Shown: piece by piece, positions 10,884 through 20,677 of the stretch
Layout of the letters: each line of letters begins with the position of its first letter
Numbering within the stretch: position 1 is the stretch's first letter
DNA from: an uncultured Planctomycetia bacterium
GTDB lineage: Bacteria; Omnitrophota; Gorgyraeia; 2-02-FULL-51-18; JAGOUK01
NCBI GenBank assembly: GCA_964430735.1
Contig: CAYSFB010000006.1
Coordinates: forward strand, 12,089-76,088
DNA length: 64,000 nucleotides
Direction: 5' to 3'
Notes under the pieces: model-generated
Told to the model about the DNA's origin: nothing
The model's database searches: none
Seen by the model: the letters and a program-made list of their open reading frames with translations, nothing else
Translations under genes and position numbers: made by a program

Positions 10884-10909
10884 CGGGCCGCCCCCCAAGG
10901 GGCGGCCCG
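10884..10909 (-). terminator. GC-rich hairpin (cgggccgcccc-ccaa-ggggcggcccg) between the 1216-aa gene stop and the ThrC-like start; possible intrinsic terminator/attenuator
   Basis: Perfect 11-bp inverted repeat with a 4-nt loop. The downstream U-tract on the minus transcript is weak (UGCUAUUACUU). Confidence 0.3.
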
Positions 10910-10933
10910 CATAGACCTCGTTCAATCATTCAG

Positions 10934-13900
10934 TTACGAGAGCGGATTGCCTGCGATGAGTTCGCGTCCCGGTTCTTCCGGTGCCGCGAACCGCTCATCC
11001 TCACTCTGTTCAGACTGCTGGTCCTGAACCCAGTGCATGTCCAGAATCTGATCCATCGCCGTATTCTGCAGCTCCTCCTCCATCACGGACGAACTCATAT
11101 CGTCCGGGTCGAGCCAGCCGTCGCCGATCGGCAGAATAAACCACTCGTCAACCGGATCGCTCCACTCATCCACTTCGCCTAAATTGACAAGCGACGCAAA
11201 ACGCTCGCCGTCGGCGGATTTGAATTCGAACACCAGGGTTCCAAGCTCCTGCCCGCCTTCCTGCACGAGATAAAACTGATCGATCTGAAAGTCCTCTCCG
11301 CCAAAGTACTCGCGGGCTTCCGCCTGAGCGCGTCCGAGAACATCCTCGGGGCCGTTCTTGCCCAAATAGTGAAGCTCGACCGGTTCCGGCTGTTCCTTGT
11401 CAGGCGATACGAGGTAGCGGGCTTCAAAATGATCGGACTCAAGACCAAATTCGTATATGCCCTTGCCGCCCTCCACCCAGCGGGTGCGGAATTCGTTCTC
11501 AGACGAGGCCACTCCCTCCGCCAAGTGCGTCCGGGCGCTCTGATTGGCGGCGACCACATCGGGATCGACCTCCATCCCGCCGTCAAAGGAAGGCGCATCG
11601 GATCCGGAGGGCGCCAAGGTGCCCGCATAGTCCCGGACATCCACCCTTCCGCTCCGCCAATCATGTTCGCCGTACTTGAAAGCGGCCGCATACGTCCAGA
11701 CGCCGTTTTCCCAGCGAGTTTCGGCAATCCCGATTTCCGCAGGATCGGCGTTGAGCTTCTCCGCGACGGCCTGGACCGCCATCTCCATCCTTTGCTTCAT
11801 ATATGCGGAGGGTTCCACATTGAGAATCGCGCCCTGGCGATTCACCCTCACGTCAAACCGGTATCCGGGCACCGTTTCGACGGCCAACACCATTTCACCT
11901 GCTGCGGGGTCATGCTGAGCCACGCCCGCTACCCGTGCGTCGACTCCATACTTGCGGATCACCGCATCGACCGCTGAGGCCGCAAGATCGGCGCCGGTTT
12001 CCTGATCGATCATCGTTCGAATGATTCGCTGAGCGGAATGGCGGGCATACTCTTCCGAATACACGGAATATCCAAAAAAGCCCGCCTCATACTCAATCTT
12101 GATGTCATGCCCCGCCGCCACCGCATAAATCAAGACCGCGGGCGAGATTCCCGACCCCTCTATCGGCCGCTCCAGAAGCAAAATTCCGTTGATAAAGGAC
12201 TCAGGAGCAACATCCTGATGCGATTGCTTAAAAATCCGGTTCAATTCATGCCGTGCGTCCGCTGCGGCGGTCAGAAGATCAAAGCCACCTTCCGTCGGTA
12301 GCGTCAGCGCGTCGCCGACGACCTTGCCCTTCACGGACGCGTGCGGAAGCAGGAAGTTTATGAATAGACTTTGGTCATCCGCAATCTCATAGCCGCTGAC
12401 CTCAACCGTCTCCGGGTTCAAAAGCCGGATCAACTCCTCTTTGGCCGCCTGGATTCGATCCTCGATGCGGTTGTCGACTTCCACCGCACCTGTTTGGAGA
12501 TCGGCGCGGGCCTCGTAAGTTTTGCCGTCCCTGTCCATCAGGGTGATCCTGAGCATCTGGTCATTCTCGAAGAACCAATCCGCCACGGTCAGCTCAACCG
12601 CGATATCCCGGCCGCCCGCAATCGAAGCCGCGACACGTTCCTTGGCTGTCTGCAAATATTCAACGCCGGTTTGCTGGTCCCAGATCCTGAACACACGGCT
12701 GTACGAAGGCATGTCGTATCGGGAATCCCCGCTCCAGTCATAGATGATGTCGAATCGGTCGGCTGTCCGATAAAAGAATTGATGCTGCGGCACGAATCCC
12801 TCGACCCGCGCCATCAACATCGTGTGTGTGTCGCCGCCCAAGACCCCGGCGCGGCTCATCACCTCGTACCGAGCGGCTCCGGCCGCCTCCACGAGATCCG
12901 GGTTCATCAACTGGACATTTGACTCGCGAATCTCCACATCCACCCCGGCATTGCCAAAAATACTCGTCTCTCCCATTCCATATTGGACCCAGATGCTTCC
13001 ATAGCCGGAAGGGCCGTACCCATCGATCCGGCCGCCGATCGGCGTAACGGGGTTCAGCTTGGCATTCACGGACTCCAGGATGCGGCTCAACTCCACACGG
13101 GCCTCGTCCATAACGGGTTCAATTTTTTCTAGGGTCACGCCGGAAGAGAGATCATCCCAACGGAATTCAAATTCCGCGCTGCCGCTGCGGAGGCGCACGG
13201 AGGCCGAGCCCCCGTCGGCAATGCACCGGACACAAATGGCTTCAGTAGGCGCGTTGATGATTCCGCGATTCTGAAGTTCACGTCGCGCCCCTTCCAGCGC
13301 GGTCACCATGGCCGGGTCCGCCTCGATCACGCCGGACTCGGGGTAGACGGTCATCCAAATCGAACTGTGGATGATGGTCGGACCGTCGACACCCGCCTGT
13401 TCCTGAACACCGCATTCCAGCTGAATCCGACCGCCTTCATCACGCGCAGAAAGCACTTTTACATCACCGAACGGTTCGAGTATTTTGGCGGCCTGCTTGA
13501 GCACATCCTTCAGCGTGACTTCATCTCCAAAGTGAAGAGCGAGCGCCTCGCCGGCCGCATCCAGCTCAACCCAAATTGTCTCGGTGAAGCTGATGCCCAT
13601 ATGGGAACCGTCACGCAATATGCCGAAGCTCATGATCGAATCACCGGGAAGTCCGGCGGTGCGGACCATTTGCTTGGCCTTCTCCACAAGATCGTCTCCC
13701 GAACGGCGCGAAATAAGCTTCTCCAGGCTGGTTCGCTTGGCCGACACGATGCCGTTTAATACATCTGCCTTGAGGATGGCCTTGTACATCGGGGTCGTGA
13801 TATCCGCCTCGATCGCTCGACCGGACTTATTGATTTCCTTGAAGAGCGGGGTCTCGAACCCGCGCAAGCCGTCGATATGCGTTTCGGAAAGGTCAGATCC

Positions 13901-14584
13901 ATCCTTACTGACCAATCGCTGCGATGCAAACCGACGCAAAGCGAGAACCGCTTCCTGCTCGTAATCCTGCAAACCCGAGGTCAACTGGTCCGGATCGACC
14001 CAGACCCGGATATCCCCGCCTTGAAGCTTGAATTGTACGATCGTCCGCGTGCTGTCCGGCGTGATGTTCACGACCTCGTAGATGCTGGGATTAACGATCG
14101 ACACCAACAGGTCCTTGGCAATCTTCTGCACGTCGATGACGACAGGCTTTCCTTGGTCGGCCGGTGTTGCCGACACCAGTCGGACATCGACGGCCCGGCC
14201 CGAATTGTCATAACTGAATTTTTCGATCGACTTCAGCCGCTGGGCAAAGTCGTAGCGGGCGCGGGAAACCAGCCGGTCCCCGATATAGAGGTCCCGGGTA
14301 CCAACGCGTCCGGCAGGTCCTGACCGATAGGAGTAAACCACTGATTTGGCGGCTGTGCTGCGCTTCGATAGACGGCCCCTGTTTCCCTTATAAGATTCGT
14401 CGAGATACTCCGAGCAGGATGACCCGAGGCACACGCTTTTGATCCGCCCGCTTCCATAATAAGTGTAGGCAGGTTTGATGGCGGCATCGGCTGATGGAAT
14501 GGCAAAGAGCACCGAGGAAAGGGGGATCGATACAAGCACCAGAAGTTTTGCGCAGTTGATGGTGATATTCGTGGAATTAGCCAT
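10934..14584 (-). CDS. large secreted hypothetical protein (1216 aa) with recurring PepSY-like beta-domain motifs and an acidic C-terminal tail
   Basis: N-terminal signal peptide (MANSTNITINCAKLLVLVSIPLSSVLFAIPSADA). No catalytic motif recognised. Repeated motifs of the type DRDGKTYEARADLQTGAVEV / ENGVWTYAAAFKYGEHDWRSGRVDV / ELGTLVFEFKSADGERFASLVNLGEV. AT-rich promoter region at 14585-14745. Confidence 0.7.
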   Translation of the reverse strand: MANSTNITINCAKLLVLVSIPLSSVLFAIPSADAAIKPAYTYYGSGRIKSVCLGSSCSEYLDESYKGNRGRLSKRSTAAKSVVYSYRSGPAGRVGTRDLYIGDRLVSRARYDFAQRLKSIEKFSYDNSGRAVDVRLVSATPADQGKPVVIDVQKIAKDLLVSIVNPSIYEVVNITPDSTRTIVQFKLQGGDIRVWVDPDQLTSGLQDYEQEAVLALRRFASQRLVSKDGSDLSETHIDGLRGFETPLFKEINKSGRAIEADITTPMYKAILKADVLNGIVSAKRTSLEKLISRRSGDDLVEKAKQMVRTAGLPGDSIMSFGILRDGSHMGISFTETIWVELDAAGEALALHFGDEVTLKDVLKQAAKILEPFGDVKVLSARDEGGRIQLECGVQEQAGVDGPTIIHSSIWMTVYPESGVIEADPAMVTALEGARRELQNRGIINAPTEAICVRCIADGGSASVRLRSGSAEFEFRWDDLSSGVTLEKIEPVMDEARVELSRILESVNAKLNPVTPIGGRIDGYGPSGYGSIWVQYGMGETSIFGNAGVDVEIRESNVQLMNPDLVEAAGAARYEVMSRAGVLGGDTHTMLMARVEGFVPQHQFFYRTADRFDIIYDWSGDSRYDMPSYSRVFRIWDQQTGVEYLQTAKERVAASIAGGRDIAVELTVADWFFENDQMLRITLMDRDGKTYEARADLQTGAVEVDNRIEDRIQAAKEELIRLLNPETVEVSGYEIADDQSLFINFLLPHASVKGKVVGDALTLPTEGGFDLLTAAADARHELNRIFKQSHQDVAPESFINGILLLERPIEGSGISPAVLIYAVAAGHDIKIEYEAGFFGYSVYSEEYARHSAQRIIRTMIDQETGADLAASAVDAVIRKYGVDARVAGVAQHDPAAGEMVLAVETVPGYRFDVRVNRQGAILNVEPSAYMKQRMEMAVQAVAEKLNADPAEIGIAETRWENGVWTYAAAFKYGEHDWRSGRVDVRDYAGTLAPSGSDAPSFDGGMEVDPDVVAANQSARTHLAEGVASSENEFRTRWVEGGKGIYEFGLESDHFEARYLVSPDKEQPEPVELHYLGKNGPEDVLGRAQAEAREYFGGEDFQIDQFYLVQEGGQELGTLVFEFKSADGERFASLVNLGEVDEWSDPVDEWFILPIGDGWLDPDDMSSSVMEEELQNTAMDQILDMHWVQDQQSEQSEDERFAAPEEPGRELIAGNPLS

Positions 14585-14745
14585 TTGGGTGGGTGCTCCT
14601 AATTAATATCATCAACTAATCGAATTTCAATCTTTGTAAGAACAGGTCAAAGGATACCACTGCCGTTAAACTGATTAGAATTTGGCATAAGATCAGCCAG
14701 TTTTCAAGGGGGGAAGAAAATTTTGATTAGAGGTTGTAGCTTGAA

Positions 14746-15672
14746 TTAGCCTTCGAAGTACTGAACCATGCTGAGATACCGTTCCCCGGAATCCGGAAAA
14801 AGTACCACAACCGTCTTTCCGGAGCCGAGCCGCTCGGCGGCCTTGAGGGCGCCCCAGCACGCTGCGCCGCAGCTGATGCCGGCGAAGATCCCCTCGAGCT
14901 TGCAGAGCCGGGACGCCGTCTTGTACGCGTCCTCGTCCGAGCAGCGAAAAATCTCATCGACTACTTCGCGGTTCAACGTCTGCGGGACGAATCCCGCGCC
15001 GATACCCTGGATCATATGCGCGCCGGGCTTGCCGCCGGACAAAACCGGCGACGTGGCCGGTTCCACGCCAATAATTTTGACGGCCGAATTGTGTTTCTTC
15101 AGCACTTCGCCGACGCCGGAGATCGTGCCGCCCGTGCCGATTCCCGCCACAAAGGCGTCGACCTTGCCGTCCAGATCCGCGAGGATTTCTTTGCCGGTCG
15201 TCTTCCGATGCGCGGCCGGGTTGTCGGGGTTCGTGAACTGACTGGGCATGAACGCGCCCTGGCTTTCGCGCACGAGCTGTTTGGCTTTTTCAACCGCGCC
15301 CGCCATGCCGGAGTCCACCGGCGTCAGCACTACTTCGGCGCCATATGACTTGAGGATCTGCAGCCGCTCGAAGCTCATGTTGTCGGGCATCACGAGCGTC
15401 ACGTGATACCCGCGCGCCGCGCCGACCATGGCCAAACCGATGCCGGTGTTGCCGCTCGTCGCTTCGACGATGCGCGAACCGGTCTTCACGAGACCGTTCT
15501 TCTCGGCCTGATCGATCATATTGAGGGCGATGCGGTCCTTCACGCTGCCACCCGGGTTGAACACCTCGAGCTTCGCGTACACGTCCGCCGCGCCCTTGGG
15601 CACGATGCGGTTCAGCTTCACCATCGGCGTGTTGCCGATCAGATCAGAAATGGACTGGACGGGCTTCGTCAT
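14746..15672 (-). CDS. cysM: cysteine synthase (CysK/CysM family; probably CysM-type using a protein thiocarboxylate donor)
   Basis: 308 aa. PLP lysine motif (GGSVKDR). TSGNTG glycine loop. Its ATG overlaps the stop of the JAMM gene (ATGA). Confidence 0.9.
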   Translation of the reverse strand: MTKPVQSISDLIGNTPMVKLNRIVPKGAADVYAKLEVFNPGGSVKDRIALNMIDQAEKNGLVKTGSRIVEATSGNTGIGLAMVGAARGYHVTLVMPDNMSFERLQILKSYGAEVVLTPVDSGMAGAVEKAKQLVRESQGAFMPSQFTNPDNPAAHRKTTGKEILADLDGKVDAFVAGIGTGGTISGVGEVLKKHNSAVKIIGVEPATSPVLSGGKPGAHMIQGIGAGFVPQTLNREVVDEIFRCSDEDAYKTASRLCKLEGIFAGISCGAACWGALKAAERLGSGKTVVVLFPDSGERYLSMVQYFEG

Positions 15673-16067
15673 ACGACCCGGATCTCCTCAGGCGTCACGT
15701 CGTCCCCCGCGATCCGGTAGGACCGCAGGTCGGGGTTGTTCATGTCGGCCAGCGACACGATGAGGTAACTCACTTCCGGATAAAAGGCCTGACGGCGGTC
15801 GGTCTGCGACGGCTCCGGCGCCGACGCGACATGCGAATGAAAAATTCCGAGCAAGTCCTGCCCGTCCGCGGAAATTTGCTTGAAGGCCTTGAGCTGCTGC
15901 TTCGGATCCATCGTGTACGTGACGGTCGAATGGTCCATGTTCTCGATCGGCAAAAAGTATTTGGCCCGGCCGTTCTTTCCGACCAGGAATCCGCACGCTT
16001 CCTGCGGATACACGCCCTTCGCGTGCTGGACCATTGCCGTGTGGACGTCTTTGGGGATCTCAAGCAT
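15669..16067 (-). CDS. mec: JAMM/MPN+ metalloprotease (Mec+-like, CysO hydrolase)
   Basis: About 133 aa from the internal Met (MLEIPKDVHTAMVQHAKGVYPQEACGFLVG...). JAMM motif E...HSHVASAPEPSQTD (HxHx7Sx2D). The upstream part of the track ORF is Arg-rich with no recognisable similarity. Confidence 0.8.
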   Translation of the reverse strand: MLEIPKDVHTAMVQHAKGVYPQEACGFLVGKNGRAKYFLPIENMDHSTVTYTMDPKQQLKAFKQISADGQDLLGIFHSHVASAPEPSQTDRRQAFYPEVSYLIVSLADMNNPDLRSYRIAGDDVTPEEIRVV

Positions 16068-16072
16068 CGTCG

Positions 16073-16807
16073 TTATTTTCCTGTCGGCCGGTTGTGCAGG
16101 CCGCATTCCTTGTGATCCGGACTTTCCCACCACCACCGTCCGGCGCGCTCGTCCTCGCCCTCTTTGACGGGCCGGGTACAGGGCGCGCAGCCGATGGACC
16201 GGTAACCGGCATCGAACAGCTTGTTGTAAGGAACCTTGTTGCCGCGGATATACGCCCACACCCGCGCCTCGTCCCAGTCGGCCAGGGGGTTCAGCTTCAC
16301 GATCCCGCCCTGAGTCGCCGCGCCCTGCGAGGAATCGATCTCGACCTTGCCGACCTCGGTCCGCGTCACCGACTGCGCCCGGCGCTGTCCCGTGACCCAG
16401 GCTTCAGCTCCGGCCAGCGCGCGCCGGAGCGGTTCGACCTTGCGGATCCCGCAGCACTCCTTGCGGTTCTCGACCGATTCCTTGAACGAATAAAAACCTT
16501 TGGCCCGCACCAGCTGCTCGACCCGCGCCGCGTCCGGAAAAAACACCTCGATCCCGACGCCGTACTTAAACTTGACCGCGTCCATGACCGCGTACGTCTC
16601 TTCGTGGAGACGGCCCGTATCGAGCGTCACGATCCGGACTTTGGGGTCGATCTTCACGGCCATATCGATGAGCACGACGTCCTCGGGACCAAACGACGAC
16701 GCGAGCACGATCTTGGGCCCGAACTTCTTGAGCGCCCAGCCCAAAAGCGCCTCAGGCGACTGCGCTTCGAATTCCCTGCTGAGCTGAACCGCTTCGTCCT
16801 GCTTCAT
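16073..16807 (-). CDS. cysH: adenylylsulfate (APS)/PAPS reductase, Fe-S-containing CysH type
   Basis: 244 aa. PP-loop SFGPEDVVLIDM. Cys pairs CCGIRKVEPL and ECGLH, typical of APS-reductase-type CysH. Confidence 0.85.
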   Translation of the reverse strand: MKQDEAVQLSREFEAQSPEALLGWALKKFGPKIVLASSFGPEDVVLIDMAVKIDPKVRIVTLDTGRLHEETYAVMDAVKFKYGVGIEVFFPDAARVEQLVRAKGFYSFKESVENRKECCGIRKVEPLRRALAGAEAWVTGQRRAQSVTRTEVGKVEIDSSQGAATQGGIVKLNPLADWDEARVWAYIRGNKVPYNKLFDAGYRSIGCAPCTRPVKEGEDERAGRWWWESPDHKECGLHNRPTGK

Positions 16808-16818
16808 AAAAAAGCGGT

Positions 16819-18086
<1,268 letters not shown>

Positions 18087-18087
<1 letters not shown>

Positions 18088-18890
18088 TACATGTACCCTT
18101 TCGCGCGGAGTTTTTGCATCGCGTAGCGCTGCGAATGGTCCTGTTCGCGGCCGACGCGCTCTGAGATCTTGGTGTTTTTAAGTTCTTCAATCACCTTGTC
18201 GACGGTATCGGCGTTGGACTCCACGGGCTTGGTGATCGGCTGGCAGCCGAGCGTGCGGTAACGCTTGCCGTTCTTGGCGAAGTAGAGGTCCACGAGCGGA
18301 ATATTCTCGCGCTTGATGTAATTCCACACGTCGACCTCGGTCCATTCGAGGAGCGGATGGATGCGCACGTGCGTGCCGGGCTCGTAATCCGACTGGAACT
18401 GGTTCCACAGCTCCGGCGGCTGATCCTTGTAATTCCACTCGAAGTCGATGTTGCGGGGTGAAAAGTATTTTTCCTTCGCGCGCGTGCCGTCCTCATCGCG
18501 GCGGATGCCGACAAAAAGCCCGTCCCACTTCTCTTTTTCGATCATCTGCTGGAGGGCAACGGTCTTCATCTCGTGGCAGACGGTGACGGGGTCATTGTTG
18601 TCGTAATTGACGCCGCGTGCCTTGGCCGCTTCGTTGACGCCGACGATGAGCTTGAGGCCCCATTCCCTGGCGTACTTTTCGCGGTAGGCGTACATTTCGG
18701 GGAATTTGAAGGTGGTGTCGATGTGGACGACCGGGAACGGCACCTTGCCGAAAAAAGCCTTCCGGGCGAGCCAGACGTTCACGCAGGAGTCCTTCCCCAT
18801 CGACCACAGCATCGCGGGCTTCTTGAACTTCTTGTAAGCCTCGCGGATGATAAAAATTGACTGGTTTTCGAGCGCGCTCAAATGATCCAC
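18087..18890 (-). CDS. cysD: sulfate adenylyltransferase subunit 2
   Basis: 267 aa. PP-loop motif WSMGKDS. Conserved CysD core. Overlaps the cysN start by 1 nt. Confidence 0.9.
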
Positions 18891-18967
18891 GGCTAAAAAA
18901 GCTCCTTTATCCGATGAATTCAGTAGGGTTTAATCAGACTAAATTCTAATAAATCCAAGTTCAGCTG

Positions 18968-20314
18968 TCAAGATTTGCCCTTTTCGGCCTTTTGCTGCGT
19001 CGAGAGCTTGGACTTGAGGGATTCCAGATACGCTTTGAAGGTTTTTTCGTGCCCCTGCTCCGTCGGCTCGTAGTATCGCCGGCTCTCGGTCATGTATTCC
19101 TGGGCAACGTGGTGGCCGGGGTGGTCATGGGCGTACTGGTAGCCGACGCCGCGGCCGAGGGATTCGGCTCCCTTATAGTGAGAATCCTTGAGATGTGACG
19201 GGACTTCGAGGGATCGGCCCTCCTCCACGTCCTTGGTCGCCTTTTCGATCGCCAGATACGCCGCATTCGATTTGGGCGCGCAGGCGATGTACGTCGTGGC
19301 CTGGGCCAGCGGGATCCTCGCCTCGGGCATACCGATGAATTCCGACGCCTGCAGCGCGGCGTTGGCGATGACCAGCGCCTGCGGGTCGGCGTTGCCGACG
19401 TCCTCCGACGCGCAGATCACCAGGCGCCGCGCGACGAAGCGCGGGTCTTCGCCGGCGTACAGCATTTTGGCCAGATAATAAACCGCCGCATCGGGGTCCG
19501 ATCCGCGCATGGATTTGATGAAGGCGGAGGCGTGGTCGTAGTGCTCGTCGCCGGCGTTGTCGTAGCGGACGGCCTTTTTCTGAACTGACTCCTGGGCGAC
19601 GGCCAAATTAAAATCGATGGTTCCATCCTTGCCGGGGACGGTCGAGAGGACGCCGATCTCCAGGGCGTTCAAGGCCCGGCGCGCGTCACCTTCCGACATC
19701 GCCGCCAAGAACTTAAGCGCTTCGCGGTCCATCCGCACCGGCGTCGCGGCCAACCCACGCTCCCTGTCCGACAACGCGCGCGTCAGCACGTCCATCACGT
19801 CCGCCTCTTCCAAAGGCTTGAGCTCGAACACGAGCGACCGGGACAATAGCGGTGAATTCACCGAAAAAAACGGATTCTGCGTCGTCGCGCCGATGAGCAG
19901 CGGATTGCCGCGCTCGACGTCGGGCATGAGGACGTCCTGCTGCGAACGGCTGAACCGGTGGATCTCATCGACGAAGAGGATGGTCCGCTTGCCGTAAGCT
20001 TTTTGATTCACCTTGGCCTTGTCGATGATCTTGCGCAGATCCGCGACGCTCGAAGAAACGGCGTTGACGGATTCGAAGAAGGCCTTGGTCTGGCGCGAAA
20101 CGATGAGGGCGAGCGTCGTCTTTCCGCAACCGGGAGGGCCGTAGAGGATGATGGATGAGAGCCGGTCCGTTTCGATGACGCGGCGGAGCAGCGTCCCTTC
20201 TTTGAGGATGTGCCGCTGGCCGCAGAACTCCTCGAGCGTCCGCGGCCTCATCCGGCTGGCCAGCGGCTCATGCTTCAAGACTTCCTGAGAATTTTGGGCT
20301 TCAAAAAGGTCCAT
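18968..20314 (-). CDS. rarA: replication-associated recombination protein A (AAA+ ATPase RarA/MgsA)
   Basis: Starts at the internal Met (MDLFEAQNSQ...). Walker A GPPGCGKTT. Walker B ILFVDEIHRF. MgsA C-terminal helical domain. The 71-aa upstream extension in the track ORF is not supported. Confidence 0.85.
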   Translation of the reverse strand: MDLFEAQNSQEVLKHEPLASRMRPRTLEEFCGQRHILKEGTLLRRVIETDRLSSIILYGPPGCGKTTLALIVSRQTKAFFESVNAVSSSVADLRKIIDKAKVNQKAYGKRTILFVDEIHRFSRSQQDVLMPDVERGNPLLIGATTQNPFFSVNSPLLSRSLVFELKPLEEADVMDVLTRALSDRERGLAATPVRMDREALKFLAAMSEGDARRALNALEIGVLSTVPGKDGTIDFNLAVAQESVQKKAVRYDNAGDEHYDHASAFIKSMRGSDPDAAVYYLAKMLYAGEDPRFVARRLVICASEDVGNADPQALVIANAALQASEFIGMPEARIPLAQATTYIACAPKSNAAYLAIEKATKDVEEGRSLEVPSHLKDSHYKGAESLGRGVGYQYAHDHPGHHVAQEYMTESRRYYEPTEQGHEKTFKAYLESLKSKLSTQQKAEKGKS

Positions 20315-20677
20315 AGGTTTCCGTTTGGCAGGAGTAGATCTGAAAAAATTTGTCCGTCGAGAAGGCGGCAGATGCAAGGCGCGCCGACGAAGCTGTACCA
20401 ACGGTACAGCGAGGAGAAGCAACGCCGCAGATGCCGCCTTATCGACGGACAAATAAAACCCGCGATGCCGTGTGTTGAGTCCTGGCAGAATCCCTGTTTT
20501 AACAGGGCGGGAACCTATCTCCGTCACTTCTTATCCGACGGATCGCCGGATCTATCCGCGCCGGTGAGTCGACTCCCACATGAGTGATATCGGATTCGCG
20601 CGTATGGACGCAACGAAGCTCGAACACCGCAGGAAGCTTATGTCAAAAACCTGAGATTATTATACACCCGGTCCGGG

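Noticed and set aside
10801-10933. SAM riboswitch expected upstream of a methionine-pathway (ThrC-like) gene.
   Set aside because: I could not recognise SAM-I, SAM-II or SAM-SAH consensus elements by eye. Only a GC hairpin and a 9-bp inverted repeat (attacttgc / gcaagtaat) are visible. This needs a covariance-model scan before any claim.
20386-20404. LexA (SOS) box upstream of rarA.
   Set aside because: CTGT...ACAG halves are present, but the spacer is 9 nt, not the 8 nt of the gammaproteobacterial consensus, and the window contains no lexA or recA for context. Reported only as an inverted repeat.
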